Assembly: GCA_963754875.1 (NCBI GenBank)
Contig: CAVWHO010000011.1
Location: 32,001 to 96,000 of the forward strand
Source: Nitrospirota bacterium
Lineage (GTDB): Bacteria; Nitrospirota; UBA9217
Direction: 5' to 3'
DNA: 64,000 bases
The position numbers were made by a program, and so were the translations under genes. The notes beneath the pieces are model-generated. The model saw only the letters and a program-made list of their open reading frames with translations, did not search any database and had not been told where the DNA came from. Positions 41,311 through 53,006 of this stretch are shown here, piece by piece (position 1 is the stretch's first letter; each line of letters begins with the position of its first letter).

Positions 41311-42077
41311 CGCTTATCCTCCCTAAAATAGATTTGTTCCGATTTATTCGGAACGCGTGTTAACCTCGTAATGTGCGCGAAACAAAACTTCCATAATTCC
41401 ATGAAACAATAATTGTATGAGTTCAGTCCACCCCCCCTTTCCTCAGAAAACATAGTGCGAAAACGATGGGACCGTGAAAGACAAGACCCCCGGTTTGCAT
41501 TCAGGATCTCTGTGAACTTTTATTTTTGCTGTTTGGAATTTAATTCCGGCGAAGTATCCTGTGAGAGTGCGAGCGCATGCATTGGCGCACTTCTGGACAG
41601 GAATGCGGGGGCGCAGCTCATATGTAGGTCTGCTAGTGGGCATCATGATAGTAAAAGTCGTTTGAATCTACCACTATTACAAACTGCTACACTGCTATGC
41701 TTATTGGATGCGGTTCAAAAACGGAAGTGTTAATGCTGATATTTCGGAAGTAACTTAAAGTGACTATAGCAAAGTCATATAGTGAAGTCAAGCGTTTTCT
41801 AGTTCTTGAATAGCAGCAAATAGCTATGTTTCGCGCCTCAAGTTGCGCAGAAATGAAACTAACATTTTGCACTATACTGAAACAGAGTGCGCGCAATCAC
41901 CGATTTGCCGGATTGCGATCGCGCTTTAAATTCCGGCAGACCTTCAATGGACATCTCTTTGCAGGATGAAACTCATGTCTTCTCGCTTGATATGTCCGCC
42001 GGCCCGCTTGTGTTTGAGAACGCGCGCGCTCATGGTTTCCGCTTGCAATTGGCAGCAACATCATGATATAAAAGGAC

Positions 42078-42680
42078 ATGTCGCCGACGCTCTCTCTTGG
42101 AGAACAGCTTGTCATGGCCGGCCTTACGTACGGTCGGCGCCACGACATATTATACCGCGCAGGTCTGGTCATCCAGGTGCTGGGAGCAGCCATCCTGGCC
42201 GTGCTTTATCCTCTCGATAGCCCCTTCTATACGATCGGCATCATGATATTTGAAATCGGCGTTCTGCTCTCGGCCATCTATTTGCTCGTCCGGATGCGGT
42301 CAATCAAAATAATAATCCTCGTGTCGGTGGTTGCCGGGCTGGCGCTGCAGGCTGCGGGGGTCTTTGCAGTGTCGGAACTGTACGCGGGGACGACTATAAT
42401 CATCGGAATCGGGTTAGTGTGCGTTGGGGCGGGCGGAATGGTGGGTAAGGAGGCATATTGCTTCGGTTATCGCGAAGGATGGCTCTTGATGCTGATCGTC
42501 TTTCCGGTCGTGATCCTTGCGAACGCGGTGGGAAAAGAGAACCGCGTATTCAACTCACTCGGAGTTTTCCCTTCTCTTTCTTCTCTTGCTCTCTCTGACC
42601 GGCAAGAAGCTCAAGCAGCGTCTGTTATCGAAATGCGCGACGGATGGGTGCGGGTCACCGTCTCAGAACAAATGATCTGA
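42078..42680 (+). CDS. Membrane protein (DUF2301-like); probable indel near 42570
   Basis: LYRAGL, GKEAYCFG..EG motif, multiple TM helices. Confidence 0.7.
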   Translation: MSPTLSLGEQLVMAGLTYGRRHDILYRAGLVIQVLGAAILAVLYPLDSPFYTIGIMIFEIGVLLSAIYLLVRMRSIKIIILVSVVAGLALQAAGVFAVSELYAGTTIIIGIGLVCVGAGGMVGKEAYCFGYREGWLLMLIVFPVVILANAVGKENRVFNSLGVFPSLSSLALSDRQEAQAASVIEMRDGWVRVTVSEQMI

Positions 42681-42794
42681 GAATTCTAAACTCACCGTAA
42701 CGTTAAGAAGGAAATTTCCTCGGAAAAGTGGTCCCTTTCTCGGACCAGTTTTTACTCTCCCAGCTTATCCGTATCACTCGTATCAATGCTCTTT

Positions 42795-44321
42795 TCAGGA
42801 TTCTTCTTTCTCATTTTTCCCTGATTTATCAGTCCCTGAAGAGTACTGATGATAAGAGTGCATGCCGAGTTTCAGCAGCCCCTTTTCTATAAGTCGCTTG
42901 GCGGATGCAACTACCTGCGGATCAAATTGCAGTCCCGATTCCCGTTCCAGTTCTACGAGGACCTCGTGGGTTGAGATAGTCCCCCGGTACGGCCGCTCGG
43001 AGACCATTGCATCGATCGTGTCGGCAACATTCAATATCCTGGCCGCCGGCGTTATCTGTTCACCGGCCAGCCCTTGAGGATAGCCTTTCCCATCGTACCG
43101 TTCGTGGTGCTGGTATATGGCGTTGATGATGTCAGCGGAAAAACCAATGGGCTCCAGAATTCTTATCCCGTGGGCCGGATGGTCTTTCATGATGTCGAAT
43201 TCCTCACGACTCAGCCGTTCCGGTTTGCTGATGATAAGTTCGCTGATGCCGATTTTGCCCACGTCGTGAAGAATGGCGGCAATATGGATTTCCTCGAGGC
43301 GCGAAGGGCTCATCCCCATGTCCCGAGCGACTGCCACGGCGTATTTTGCCACGTTAGTGGAATGCCACCGCGTATAGGGGTCTTTTGCCTCGACGGCGGC
43401 CACAAGGGCCTGAACAGTGCGGAAATAATTTTCGCGCAGATCTTCATAGAGGGCCGCATTCTCCATGGCCGTTACGACCTGGCTGGAGAGAATCAAAACG
43501 ATCTGCAGGTCACTGGTCGTAAACGGCGGTCCGGAGAATTTACTCACGTTGAGCACGCCAAAAAGTTTGTTCTTGCCGATAAGCGGCACCGACATGGACG
43601 AGGCCGGCATATTTTCGAGGTTGATCGCATCCATCACTTCAAGGTCCGGGTGCTTGCCCGCGGATATGATAAGCGGCTTTCGGTACTTGAGCACCAGCCC
43701 CGCTACGCCCTCGCCGATTTTCCGACGCGACTTCAAGGCCATATCGGTCGGCAGTCCGTGAGAGGCTCGGATCATCAAAGTGCCGTTGCTTTCGTCCATC
43801 AGCATGAGTGAAACGCGGTCGATGGTGAATTCCTGGATCAGGACCTCGGTGATGAGCTTAAACAGGTGCGCGAGGTCAATCTCCGTTACGAGCAACTTGC
43901 TGATCTCGAACAGCGGAATGAGCGCCTTGAGCCTGATGTTTTCCTTTTGCAGCCTGCTCCGGTTGATCGCGCGATCCACCGCGCCGAGCAGTTCTTCCTG
44001 GGTAAACGGCTTGAGCACGAAACCGTCGACCCCGCGCATGAGGGATTCAATGGCCGTGTCGAGCGTGCCGTGCCCGGTTATAAATATCGTCACGATATCC
44101 TGTTTTTTTGCCTTGACCCGTTCGAACAGTTCCAGGCCGTCTATTCCCGGCATCTTAATGTCCGTAATCAGCAGATCGGCAGGCACGCGGCCGAGTTCTT
44201 CCAGTGCCTTGGTACCGTTGGGAACCGTAGACACCACGTATCCTTCTGCAGAAAGGATGTGGTAACACAAGTCCCTGATCATGTCCTCGTCGTCGACTAC
44301 CAGAATTTTCTCACCAGCCAC
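42795..44321 (-). CDS. Response regulator REC-GAF-HD-GYP cyclic dinucleotide phosphodiesterase
   Basis: VVDDE/TDIKMP; GAF; HDVGKIG and HHERYDGKGYP. Confidence 0.93.
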   Translation of the reverse strand: MAGEKILVVDDEDMIRDLCYHILSAEGYVVSTVPNGTKALEELGRVPADLLITDIKMPGIDGLELFERVKAKKQDIVTIFITGHGTLDTAIESLMRGVDGFVLKPFTQEELLGAVDRAINRSRLQKENIRLKALIPLFEISKLLVTEIDLAHLFKLITEVLIQEFTIDRVSLMLMDESNGTLMIRASHGLPTDMALKSRRKIGEGVAGLVLKYRKPLIISAGKHPDLEVMDAINLENMPASSMSVPLIGKNKLFGVLNVSKFSGPPFTTSDLQIVLILSSQVVTAMENAALYEDLRENYFRTVQALVAAVEAKDPYTRWHSTNVAKYAVAVARDMGMSPSRLEEIHIAAILHDVGKIGISELIISKPERLSREEFDIMKDHPAHGIRILEPIGFSADIINAIYQHHERYDGKGYPQGLAGEQITPAARILNVADTIDAMVSERPYRGTISTHEVLVELERESGLQFDPQVVASAKRLIEKGLLKLGMHSYHQYSSGTDKSGKNEKEES

Positions 44322-44584
44322 GTTTACACTCCTTCACCCGTGCTTCCGACATCCAGAGCGCGTATGAAGCCCTTCCCCACACCGTAACAATCCGGGTCAA
44401 GGGCACGCCTCTCTTGCTGCTCGTGAAGCCTTGCAGTCTCTCATATGCCGCAACATTACGAAACCGATCGTTCTTGTTCTTTACTTTCAACCTCATGCGT
44501 TCTCAATAATCGTATAGCTGATCAACAAACCAAATTCATTCCATCCCAGCGAAGCGAGTCGTAAAAAAGGAGCAAAGCCCTAAT

Positions 44585-46675
44585 CTACGCGGCCGGTGGC
44601 TTCCGATATCGAGGCAGAACCACGCGAAAGGTCGTGCCGTGCATCTGAGAGCTCTCGGCTTCAATATTGCCGCCGTGATTTTGTACAATGCGGTAGCTGA
44701 TCGACAGGCCCAAACCTGTGCCGCCGCCATTCTCCTTAGTGGTAAAGAAAGGTTCAAATATTTTGTTCATATGTTCTGGAGCAATGCCGGACCCGGAATC
44801 GGAAAAAACCACGACAACGTGGTTCTCCTGCGTTGCATCGGCTTTAACCCGGAGCTGTCCTCCCTGCGGCATTGCGTTCAGTGCGTTATTGGCGATGTTG
44901 ATGAAAACTTGTTTCATTTCATTGTGATCCATATTCACCAAAGCAGGTTCTGCCGGGTAGTCTTCATGAATCACCACGGAAGATGCGTTAGCAATTCCCT
45001 GGACAAGAGCAATCGTCTCCTTCAGCGGCAACGAAATATCTCCGGGTTCCATCCATGATGGCCGCTGTCGGGAGAAGTCCAGCAGGTTGCGAATAATCTT
45101 CCTGACTCTCAACGTCTCCTGCTCCATCGTCATTAGGATTTTTCGCTGTGACTCGGGAAGGTCAAGGGTCTTCAACAGATGCGTTGCGTAACCGAGAACG
45201 CTCGTCAGCGGATTATTGATCTCATGTGCGACATTGGCCGAGAGTTCTCCAATAGCCGCCATCTTCGTCGAATGCACCAGCTGTTCCTGGGTGGTCTTTA
45301 GTTCTACCATTTTCCACTTCAAGTCGCTGTACAGCGAGGCATTTTGGAGTGCGGCAGACGCCAGATTGGAAAATACGGTAAACAGCCTCAGATCGTGTTT
45401 ATCGAAATTTGCTTTTCCCTTCTTGTTGATGGCCGTGAGCAGGGCTGTCATCGTATTCGATGACCAGAGGGGGACCGTCATGATACTCTTGATGCCGAGA
45501 GCCTCCATCCGCGGACCATCCAGTCTAAAGTCTTCCTGGGCATCGGCAATGAGAAGCGGAGTGCCGTAACTCACCAACCAGTTATAAATCCCGCCTGATT
45601 CGAGCGGCACGTCCAGATCTTTGATGGATTTTCTCTTGCTGCCGATTACCCCAATATATTTTAGCATATGATCTGCTTTATCAACAATGGATACCGTTGT
45701 CGTATCGGCCTTCACCAGGTCTTCGGCGCCTGCCGCTATCCTGGTGAAAAGCGATTCCCGGTCTAGGCTCTCCATAAGGCCAAGGCCGGTCGTATGAAGA
45801 ATAAACAGGTCTCGGTTCCCCTGAGAAAGACTCATCTCGCGCTGTTTCAGAACAAGCGTCAACTGGCTGAAAGCTTTGCCGAGTTTGCTGATTTCGTCAT
45901 TCCCTTTCACGAGAAAAGGCGCGTCCCAGTTTTGCTGACCCAATTTTTCAACGGAATCACTCAGCCGCAGAATGGGTTTGGAAATCCCGATCGCTATGAT
46001 CTGGCTGAATGCTATTCCGATAAGGAGGATGACGAGAAGTGCTCCTGCGGCTTTTTTCATGATAGAAAATATTTTTTTCTCGTAGAACTCACCGGAAACA
46101 CCGACCCGAACGTAACCGAGGAGTTTACGCCCGGCAAGAATAGGGAGAGTAAGGTCGCAAACCCCGCTCTTTTTTATCACAAAGGTAGGCTCTTGGGTCT
46201 GCGCAGGCGCGCAGGCGAGTACAGCGTCGTCACGCACAACGCTCCTACCAGAAGGAAGGTTATAAAAATAAGAGTGTCCGTCAAAAGAGACTTCCGAAAC
46301 TGTATTTCCTATAAGAAGGTCGCAGGTACTGTTGAATATCATCGCATAAAGAAGGGTTTTGCCGGTGCGCGTATCTTCTTCAGCGGCAAAATAGGGGGAC
46401 AATTTTTTATAAAGCTGAGGCCGGTTTCCGGTAACGACATCGTCTGCGGTCAAAGCTGCCAATTCACGAGCTACGACAAGTGCTCTTCCCCTGATCTCCG
46501 CGTCTATGACTTTCTTCCACTCCCAGAAAAAAAAAGCTCCTATCAATGTCGCGACAAGCATGAGCGCCGCCATCATAAGAAAAGAGACCCTGCGGCCGAT
46601 CCCGCCCCACCATCGGAAAAAAGCAAGACGAAACCGCGCAAAAAAAGCTGAGACTATGCTTTTTACATCTGCCAT
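44585..46675 (-). CDS. Sensor histidine kinase (TM-HAMP-GAF-HisKA-HATPase)
   Basis: HEINNPL, QVFINIANNA, DSGSG, GTGLGLS. Confidence 0.93.
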   Translation of the reverse strand: MADVKSIVSAFFARFRLAFFRWWGGIGRRVSFLMMAALMLVATLIGAFFFWEWKKVIDAEIRGRALVVARELAALTADDVVTGNRPQLYKKLSPYFAAEEDTRTGKTLLYAMIFNSTCDLLIGNTVSEVSFDGHSYFYNLPSGRSVVRDDAVLACAPAQTQEPTFVIKKSGVCDLTLPILAGRKLLGYVRVGVSGEFYEKKIFSIMKKAAGALLVILLIGIAFSQIIAIGISKPILRLSDSVEKLGQQNWDAPFLVKGNDEISKLGKAFSQLTLVLKQREMSLSQGNRDLFILHTTGLGLMESLDRESLFTRIAAGAEDLVKADTTTVSIVDKADHMLKYIGVIGSKRKSIKDLDVPLESGGIYNWLVSYGTPLLIADAQEDFRLDGPRMEALGIKSIMTVPLWSSNTMTALLTAINKKGKANFDKHDLRLFTVFSNLASAALQNASLYSDLKWKMVELKTTQEQLVHSTKMAAIGELSANVAHEINNPLTSVLGYATHLLKTLDLPESQRKILMTMEQETLRVRKIIRNLLDFSRQRPSWMEPGDISLPLKETIALVQGIANASSVVIHEDYPAEPALVNMDHNEMKQVFINIANNALNAMPQGGQLRVKADATQENHVVVVFSDSGSGIAPEHMNKIFEPFFTTKENGGGTGLGLSISYRIVQNHGGNIEAESSQMHGTTFRVVLPRYRKPPAA

Positions 46676-46734
46676 AGTGGGAGCAAGTTGAAATAAAATC
46701 ATAGTAACATAAAAGCGCTATCGTGTAAATGCAA

Positions 46735-46765
46735 TAAAAAAGGCAAGGATATATATCCTTGCCTT
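46735..46765 (-). terminator. Terminator at the end of the alpha operon
   Basis: AAGGCAAGGAT-ATAT-ATCCTTGCCTT with T-tract on the minus strand. Confidence 0.8.
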
Positions 46766-46813
46766 CTTGCTTTATCATGACTAAATTGTCAAAAATACTT
46801 CTTAAAATTCAGA

Positions 46814-47236
46814 CTATGCTGCTGGTTTTTTTTCTGTTTTTGTTTTTTTCTGACCAGCCGTATCTGTTGTTTCTTTTGTCTGACGTTCTACAAGCTCGAT
46901 CACGGCTAAGGGTGCTGCATCGCCAGGACGAGTACGCGTCGGAACGATTCTAGTATAGCCGCCGTTTCGCGACGTAAATCGCGGTGCTATCTGGGCAAAC
47001 AGGCTGCCAACAACGGCATCATCCTGAATAAAACCGAGTGCCTGGCGGCGCGCATGCAGATCTCCCCGCTTTGCGAGGGTGATCAATTTTTCCGCCAGCG
47101 GACGAATCTCTTTCGCCTTTGCAGCCGTTGTTTCAATTTTTTCATTCTTGAGCAATGCGGTTACGAGCATCCTGAGCAGCGCCTTGCGGTGCCCGGAGTT
47201 TCTACCAAATTGTCTGCCTGCGCATCCATGTCTCAT
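46814..47236 (-). CDS. rplQ: 50S ribosomal protein L17
   Basis: [17 protein letters not shown]. Confidence 0.98.
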   Translation of the reverse strand: MRHGCAGRQFGRNSGHRKALLRMLVTALLKNEKIETTAAKAKEIRPLAEKLITLAKRGDLHARRQALGFIQDDAVVGSLFAQIAPRFTSRNGGYTRIVPTRTRPGDAAPLAVIELVERQTKETTDTAGQKKTKTEKKPAA

Positions 47237-47265
47237 GTCATCATCCCTGCCAAATTATAATAGTA

Positions 47266-48288
47266 TTATGTTTCGCTCGGTTTTTCCGCCAAAAGCCGCC
47301 GAGCTTCGATGACGATTTTGTCGTCTACTTTCATTCCCAGAGAAAGTCCCATCTCTGCCAGTATTTCCTTAATTTCATTCAACGATTTTCTTCCGAAATT
47401 CTTGGTCTTGAGCATTTCGCTTTCGGTCTTCTGGACCATTTCCGCAATGGTCTCGATCCCGGCATTCTTAAGACAATTAGCTGCCCGTACGGAAAGCTCC
47501 AGCTCATTGACGCTGCGAAGAAGATTTTCATTGAAGGTCGGAGCTTTTTTTATTTCCTCCTCCATCGCGGGGATTTCTTCTTCTTCCTCGGGAAGGTGGA
47601 TAAAGAACGTAAGGTGGTCTTTGAGAAGTTTTGCAGCGTGCGCTACGGCGTCATCCGGCCGGATACTGCCGTCAGTCCATATTTCGAGCACAAGCTTATC
47701 GTAGTCAGTTTCCTGCCCAACGCGGGCATTTTCTACCTTAAAATTTACCTTCCGAATCGGTGAAAAAACTGAGTCGATCGGAACGACACCGATGGATTGC
47801 CCCGGCTCCTTGTTCTTGTCGGACGAAACATATCCTCTGCCGCGGCGCGCACGCATTTCAAGTTCGAGCTTGCCGTTTTTATCAATCGTTGCAAGATGGA
47901 GATCAGGGTTCAGAATTTCCACTTCAGCATCGGCCTCGATGTCTTTCGCCGTCACTTCTCCCGGTCCCTTCGCCTTGAGAAGCAGCGTTTTGGGTTTATC
48001 CGTGTGCAGTTTGAGCCTGACTTCCTTAAGGTTTAGAATAAGGTCGGTTGTGTCTTCCACCACGCCGGGAATACTTGAGAACTCATGCTGCACGCCGGAA
48101 ATTTTTATCGCGGTGACCGCAGACCCCTCAAGCGAGGACAGAAGGACCCGGCGCAATGAATTCCCCAAGGTGGTCCCAAAACCGCGCTCTAAAGGTTCCG
48201 CAATAAACTTGCCGTACGTGTCCGTTATCTTTTTGGGGTCATATTGTAGCTTTTTTGGCATCTGGAAATCTTTTGCTTTTCTGAGCAT
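47266..48288 (-). CDS. rpoA: RNA polymerase alpha subunit
   Basis: [29 protein letters not shown]. Confidence 0.99.
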   Translation of the reverse strand: MLRKAKDFQMPKKLQYDPKKITDTYGKFIAEPLERGFGTTLGNSLRRVLLSSLEGSAVTAIKISGVQHEFSSIPGVVEDTTDLILNLKEVRLKLHTDKPKTLLLKAKGPGEVTAKDIEADAEVEILNPDLHLATIDKNGKLELEMRARRGRGYVSSDKNKEPGQSIGVVPIDSVFSPIRKVNFKVENARVGQETDYDKLVLEIWTDGSIRPDDAVAHAAKLLKDHLTFFIHLPEEEEEIPAMEEEIKKAPTFNENLLRSVNELELSVRAANCLKNAGIETIAEMVQKTESEMLKTKNFGRKSLNEIKEILAEMGLSLGMKVDDKIVIEARRLLAEKPSET

Positions 48289-48396
48289 GATTCCTCCATA
48301 ACGGAGTAAAAAAACTATTAATTCCTATGATGGTAAACGACGCTCTCATTATGAGCGCCCGCTCAGCCACCGGTAATATTCTGATACCGCCGTGAT

Positions 48397-49026
48397 TTAC
48401 TTCGAATAGAGCTCGACAACGAGTTGTTCTTTCACCGTCGGCATCGTACTTTCATCGCGGGCCGGCAACGAGAGAACCTTGCCCTTGAACTGAGTCTTAT
48501 CGATCTCCAGCCACGAAGGGAAGCCTCGCTTCTCAACTGCGGCGAGCGTCTGTTGTATTTGAGCGATACTCCTGCTCTTTTCGCGAAGCTCCACCACATC
48601 GCCAGCCTTAATAAGAAAGGACGGAATGTTCACCTTTTTACCGTTGACCAACATATGGCCATGCCGTACGAGCTGCCGTGCCTCTTTCTTGGAACCGGCA
48701 AACCCCATGCGCTGGGTGATATTATCAAGCCGTCTTTCCAGAAGCTGTAATAAGTTCTCGCCGGTCACTCCCTTCATCCGCTCGGCTTTTTCAAAATAGC
48801 CTCGGAATTGGCGTTCTAGCACGCCATAGACGCGCCTGATCTTTTGCTTTTCCCGAAGCTGCAGACTGTATTCCGACTGCTTTATTCTGCCCTGTCCATG
48901 CTGTCCTGGCGGATAACTTCTCCGCGTTACACCGCATTTATCTGTATAACAACGCTCGGCCTTCAGAAAAAGCTTCATGCCCTCTCTTCTGCAGAGCTTG
49001 CAGACTGATCCAATATACCGTGCCAA
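48397..49026 (-). CDS. rpsD: 30S ribosomal protein S4
   Basis: [15 protein letters not shown]. Confidence 0.99.
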   Translation of the reverse strand: MARYIGSVCKLCRREGMKLFLKAERCYTDKCGVTRRSYPPGQHGQGRIKQSEYSLQLREKQKIRRVYGVLERQFRGYFEKAERMKGVTGENLLQLLERRLDNITQRMGFAGSKKEARQLVRHGHMLVNGKKVNIPSFLIKAGDVVELREKSRSIAQIQQTLAAVEKRGFPSWLEIDKTQFKGKVLSLPARDESTMPTVKEQLVVELYSK

Positions 49027-49065
49027 GTGATTCTCCTCCTGTGTGAACCGTTTCCTACGCTTAAA

Positions 49066-49440
49066 CTACACCCGTCTACGTTTCGGCGGCCTGCACCCGT
49101 TGTGCGGGATCGGCGTTACGTCCTTGATCGCCACAATCTCGAGGCCGGCAGCCTGAATCGCACGGATCGCGGATTCCCGGCCGGTGCCGGGTCCCTTCAC
49201 ATAAACTTCGACCTGTTTCATCCCGTGTTCCATTGCCTTTTTAGCGGCAGCCTCAGCAGCCAGCTGCGACGCAAAGGGCGTGCTCTTACGCGATCCCTTG
49301 AAACCTTTATTCCCGGCGCTGGACCAGGTCAGTACATTGCCAGCCGTATCGGTGATCGTGACAATCGTGTTGTTAAAGGAGGCGTGGATATGGGCTACGC
49401 CATTTGCCACATTCTTTCTTTCTTTACCCTTCTTAGCCAT
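49066..49440 (-). CDS. rpsK: 30S ribosomal protein S11
   Basis: [20 protein letters not shown]. Confidence 0.99.
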   Translation of the reverse strand: MAKKGKERKNVANGVAHIHASFNNTIVTITDTAGNVLTWSSAGNKGFKGSRKSTPFASQLAAEAAAKKAMEHGMKQVEVYVKGPGTGRESAIRAIQAAGLEIVAIKDVTPIPHNGCRPPKRRRV

Positions 49441-49504
49441 CTGCTCTCCATTGAGTAAAATTATATTCTGCCGAATTGATCATTGCAGCTATTTATCCTT
49501 TTCC

Positions 49505-49897
49505 TTACTTCTTGGCTAGGCTCTTCTTTTTGCCCCTGCCCGCCATGGCCGACTTCTTCGGCCCTTTTCGTGTTCTCGCATTCGTCTTTGTCCGCTGTCC
49601 CCGCGCTGGCAATCCTTTTCTGTGTCGTAATCCGCGATAACTGCCGATATCCATCAACCGTTTGATGTGCATCGTTACTTCCCTGCGGAGATCGCCTTCT
49701 ACGGTAAAATCACGATCGAGAATAGCACGAATCTTAACGATATCAGACTCCGTTAGATTACCGCTCTTCATGTTCGGATCGATTCCTGCCTCGGCCAGGA
49801 TCTTTTGCGCGGATGCAGGACCGATTCCGTAAATATAGGTAAGCGCAATTTCATTCTTTTTGTCTTTGGGGAGATCTACCCCAGCAATTCGTGCCAC
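49505..49897 (-). CDS. rpsM: 30S ribosomal protein S13
   Basis: [23 protein letters not shown]. Confidence 0.99.
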   Translation of the reverse strand: MARIAGVDLPKDKKNEIALTYIYGIGPASAQKILAEAGIDPNMKSGNLTESDIVKIRAILDRDFTVEGDLRREVTMHIKRLMDIGSYRGLRHRKGLPARGQRTKTNARTRKGPKKSAMAGRGKKKSLAKK

Positions 49898-49997
49898 GTT
49901 TCCTCCTCATGGTACTGCAAATCCGCAATTCGCACTGTGAAATCCATCTCCGTAACAAGAGAAGGTATTTCGAGTTCCGAATATATGGATCACAGTG

Positions 49998-50111
49998 TTA
50001 TCCTTGCCGCTGTTTATGGCGAGCGTTTTCGCAAATCACCCGCACAATACCTTTACGACGGATAATAGTGCACTTAGGACAAATTTTTTTAACTGATGAG
50101 CGTACTTTCAT
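49998..50111 (-). CDS. rpmJ: 50S ribosomal protein L36 (zinc-binding type; absent from ORF track)
   Basis: Manual translation [37 protein letters not shown]. Confidence 0.97.
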   Translation of the reverse strand: MKVRSSVKKICPKCTIIRRKGIVRVICENARHKQRQG

Positions 50112-50173
50112 GTATCATTACTTCCATTTCATTAAGGTATTTTTAAATTTCGCACCGAGCGATTATTATGACC

Positions 50174-50392
50174 CTATTTGAACCGGTACGTAATCCGTCC
50201 TCTAGTCAAATCATAGGGAGTAAGTTCAACCGTTACCTTATCTCCCGGAAGTATCTTGATGAAATGCATCCGCATCTTTCCGGATATGTGCGCCAAAATC
50301 TTATGGCCGTTTTCCATCTCAACCCGAAACATGGCATTCGGAAGTGTCTCCAGCACCGTACCCTGAACTTCTATGGAATCTTCTTTTGCCAT
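50174..50392 (-). CDS. infA: Translation initiation factor IF-1
   Basis: [22 protein letters not shown]. Confidence 0.99.
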   Translation of the reverse strand: MAKEDSIEVQGTVLETLPNAMFRVEMENGHKILAHISGKMRMHFIKILPGDKVTVELTPYDLTRGRITYRFK

Positions 50393-50442
50393 AACCCCGT
50401 ATTCGTTCTCTTCACGGCTTTACATCGATTATACAAACACTT

Positions 50443-51192
50443 TTACTTTTTTGTCAAAATCCATGGACCATCGGGCAATACAGCAACTGTGTGCTCAAAA
50501 TGCGCCGACAAACTACCATCAACAGTAATTGCCGTCCATCCATCGTCTGTAACCACCGTTGCACTGCCCCCGATATTTACCATGGGTTCTATGGCAAACA
50601 CCATCCCGGCTTTTATCCTTGGCCCCTGGCCCGACTCGCCAAAATTGGGAATCTGGGGATCTTCATGCATGTTGCGCCCGATACCGTGCCCGACAAATTC
50701 CCGGACAACAGAATATCCATGTGATTCCACATGGCGTTGCACTGCATGAGAAATGTCATACAGCCTGTTACCCGGCCTCGCCTGTTCTATTCCGCGAAAT
50801 AGCGACTCTTCTGTTATTCTTGTCAACCGCTCCGCTTCCGGTGAAATCCTTCCCACCGGGAAGGTCATAGCTGCGTCACCATAAAAACCTTCGACGATTG
50901 CTCCGACATCAACACTAATTATGTCACCTGTCTTCAGCACAACCGTTTTCGAAGGAATCCCGTGGATGATCTGGTTATTCAGGGACGTACACAGCGTCTT
51001 GGGATATCCACGATATCCCTTGAATGCAGGTCTAGCGCCTGCTGCTAAAATTAGCCGTTCGGCGAATTCGTCGAGAGCCTGCGTGCTGACGCCAAGCCGT
51101 ATCTCGTCGCGGATGCGGTCAAGCACGTCAGCGACCACTAGGCAGGCTTTCCGTATCTTTTCAATCTCCTGAAGGGATTTGAGAATGATCAT
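50443..51192 (-). CDS. map: Methionine aminopeptidase type I
   Basis: HGIP, GHGIG..HEDPQ, AIEPM, SAHFEHT. Confidence 0.98.
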   Translation of the reverse strand: MIILKSLQEIEKIRKACLVVADVLDRIRDEIRLGVSTQALDEFAERLILAAGARPAFKGYRGYPKTLCTSLNNQIIHGIPSKTVVLKTGDIISVDVGAIVEGFYGDAAMTFPVGRISPEAERLTRITEESLFRGIEQARPGNRLYDISHAVQRHVESHGYSVVREFVGHGIGRNMHEDPQIPNFGESGQGPRIKAGMVFAIEPMVNIGGSATVVTDDGWTAITVDGSLSAHFEHTVAVLPDGPWILTKK

Positions 51193-51206
51193 GCTGCACC
51201 CGAACC

Positions 51207-52505
51207 TTAACGCCTCCCTTTGACTGAAACGCCCTTCAGGAAACCTCCGTAGTGTCTCTGAATTAAGTGTGACTCTATCTGGGATACGGTATCCAATGCG
51301 ACACCTATCACGATCAGAAGTGATGTTCCGCCAAAATAAAAGGGAACATTAAAAAACTTATAAAAAATGTCCGGCAGCACACAAACCGCAGAGAGGTACA
51401 GCGCTCCACCCAAAGTAATCCTGTTCAGCACTCGAAAAAGGTAATCAGAAGTTTTCTTCCCAGGTCTGATTCCCGGGATGAAACCGCCGTACTTTTTCAG
51501 GTTGTCTGCAATATCCACCGGGTTGAATACGATTGCCGTATAAAAATAGGCAAATCCAACGATCATGACTACGTAAACAATTGTGTACAGGGCTTTGCCC
51601 GGTGCAAGTTGCTGAGCAAACCATTGAAGCCAGCCTACCTGAACAAACCCAGCGATCGTCGCGGGAAACAGCAGTATGGACGAAGCAAAAATGGGGGGAA
51701 TCACACCGGAAGAATTAATTTTGAGGGGCAGATGCGTACTCTGGCCCTTGTATATCTTTCTTCCAACCATCCGTTGAGCGTATTGTATAGCTATTTTGCG
51801 CTGCCCTCGCTCCATCACGATAATAGCGGCAACCACCGCAATAATCAAGGCTATAATGATAAAGACCATGAAATACGCTATTTCGCCGGACCTCGTGAGC
51901 CCGATGGTATTGCTGACCGCACGCGGAAAGCCTGAAACTATACCAGCAAAAATGATCAGGGAAATGCCGTTGCCGATACCGCGTTCGGTGATTTGCTCGC
52001 CGAGCCACATGATAAATGTCGTTCCTGCCGTGAGCGTGATCATCGTCAGTATGCGAAACGACCATCCCGTTGACTCTACGAAAGCACCGCCACCCATTTT
52101 TTCGATACCCACAGCCATCCAGAACGATTGGAAACCGGCAATAACGACTGTTCCGTATCGTGTATACTCGGTTATTTTTTTCCTGCCCGCCTCACCTTCC
52201 TTGGCCAGCGCTTGAAGCCGCGGAATTACAACGGTCAGGAGCTGCAACACAATCGAGGCCGTAATGTAAGGCATGATTCCGAGGGCAAAAATCGTAACCC
52301 GGGACAGCGCGCCGCCGGAAAACATATCGAAAAAACCCATCAGTCCTGCTGCAGACTGGTGCAGAAACTGACTAAGTGCCTCGCCCTTGACACCAGGAGT
52401 AGGAATATGTGCACCGATGCGGTATACCGCCAGCATCAACAGAGTAAAGAGAATGCGCTTCCGAAGTTCGGGAATGTTAAATATGTTTTTTAATCCGGTG
52501 AACAC
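51207..52505 (-). CDS. secY: Preprotein translocase SecY
   Basis: ALGIMPYITASI; GIGNGISL; FIPGIRPG. Confidence 0.99.
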   Translation of the reverse strand: MFTGLKNIFNIPELRKRILFTLLMLAVYRIGAHIPTPGVKGEALSQFLHQSAAGLMGFFDMFSGGALSRVTIFALGIMPYITASIVLQLLTVVIPRLQALAKEGEAGRKKITEYTRYGTVVIAGFQSFWMAVGIEKMGGGAFVESTGWSFRILTMITLTAGTTFIMWLGEQITERGIGNGISLIIFAGIVSGFPRAVSNTIGLTRSGEIAYFMVFIIIALIIAVVAAIIVMERGQRKIAIQYAQRMVGRKIYKGQSTHLPLKINSSGVIPPIFASSILLFPATIAGFVQVGWLQWFAQQLAPGKALYTIVYVVMIVGFAYFYTAIVFNPVDIADNLKKYGGFIPGIRPGKKTSDYLFRVLNRITLGGALYLSAVCVLPDIFYKFFNVPFYFGGTSLLIVIGVALDTVSQIESHLIQRHYGGFLKGVSVKGRR

Positions 52506-52508
52506 GGG

Positions 52509-52949
52509 CTAGATCACCTCGGCCTTACCACCGGCAGCTTGGATTTTCTCAAGGGCACTCTTGCTGAATTTATGAGCCCGCACGGTAAGCTTAGCCTTGA
52601 GTTCACCCATACCGAGCACCTTCACGTCGTTTTTCAGGTTCTTAATCAGGCCTTTCTGCATAAGAGCTTCCGGCGTCACCGTATCGGCCCCCGACATCTT
52701 TTCGAGATCTGCGAGGTTAACAACCGAATATTCCTTACGGAAGATATTGGTGAAACCTCTCTTCGGTAGCCTACGCTGAAGGGGCATCTGGCCGCCTTCA
52801 AACCCCGGTCCCTTCACACCGCCGGAGCGGGCCTTTTGACCCTTATGTCCTTTCCCTGCAGTCTTACCGTTTCCGGACCCTGGGCCACGACCGACCCTGT
52901 TTGATTTTTTCTTTGACCCGATATTGGGCTTCAGTTCTTCTAATCTCAT
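52509..52949 (-). CDS. rplO: 50S ribosomal protein L15
   Basis: [18 protein letters not shown]. Confidence 0.99.
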   Translation of the reverse strand: MRLEELKPNIGSKKKSNRVGRGPGSGNGKTAGKGHKGQKARSGGVKGPGFEGGQMPLQRRLPKRGFTNIFRKEYSVVNLADLEKMSGADTVTPEALMQKGLIKNLKNDVKVLGMGELKAKLTVRAHKFSKSALEKIQAAGGKAEVI

Positions 52950-53006
52950 AGTTTACTCACGACCACCACTGACTGTAGTTTTAATTTTATTTTACGACTG
53001 CTTTCG

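Noticed and set aside
41446..41482. c-di-GMP-I (GEMM)-like string GAAAACATAGTGCGAAAACGATGGGACCGTGAAAG
   Set aside because: Only loose similarity, second stem not found, points away from the porin and is ~600 bp from the next plus-strand gene; needs cmsearch
41443..41646. 67-aa leader ORF upstream of the porin
   Set aside because: No clear RBS or recognisable domain
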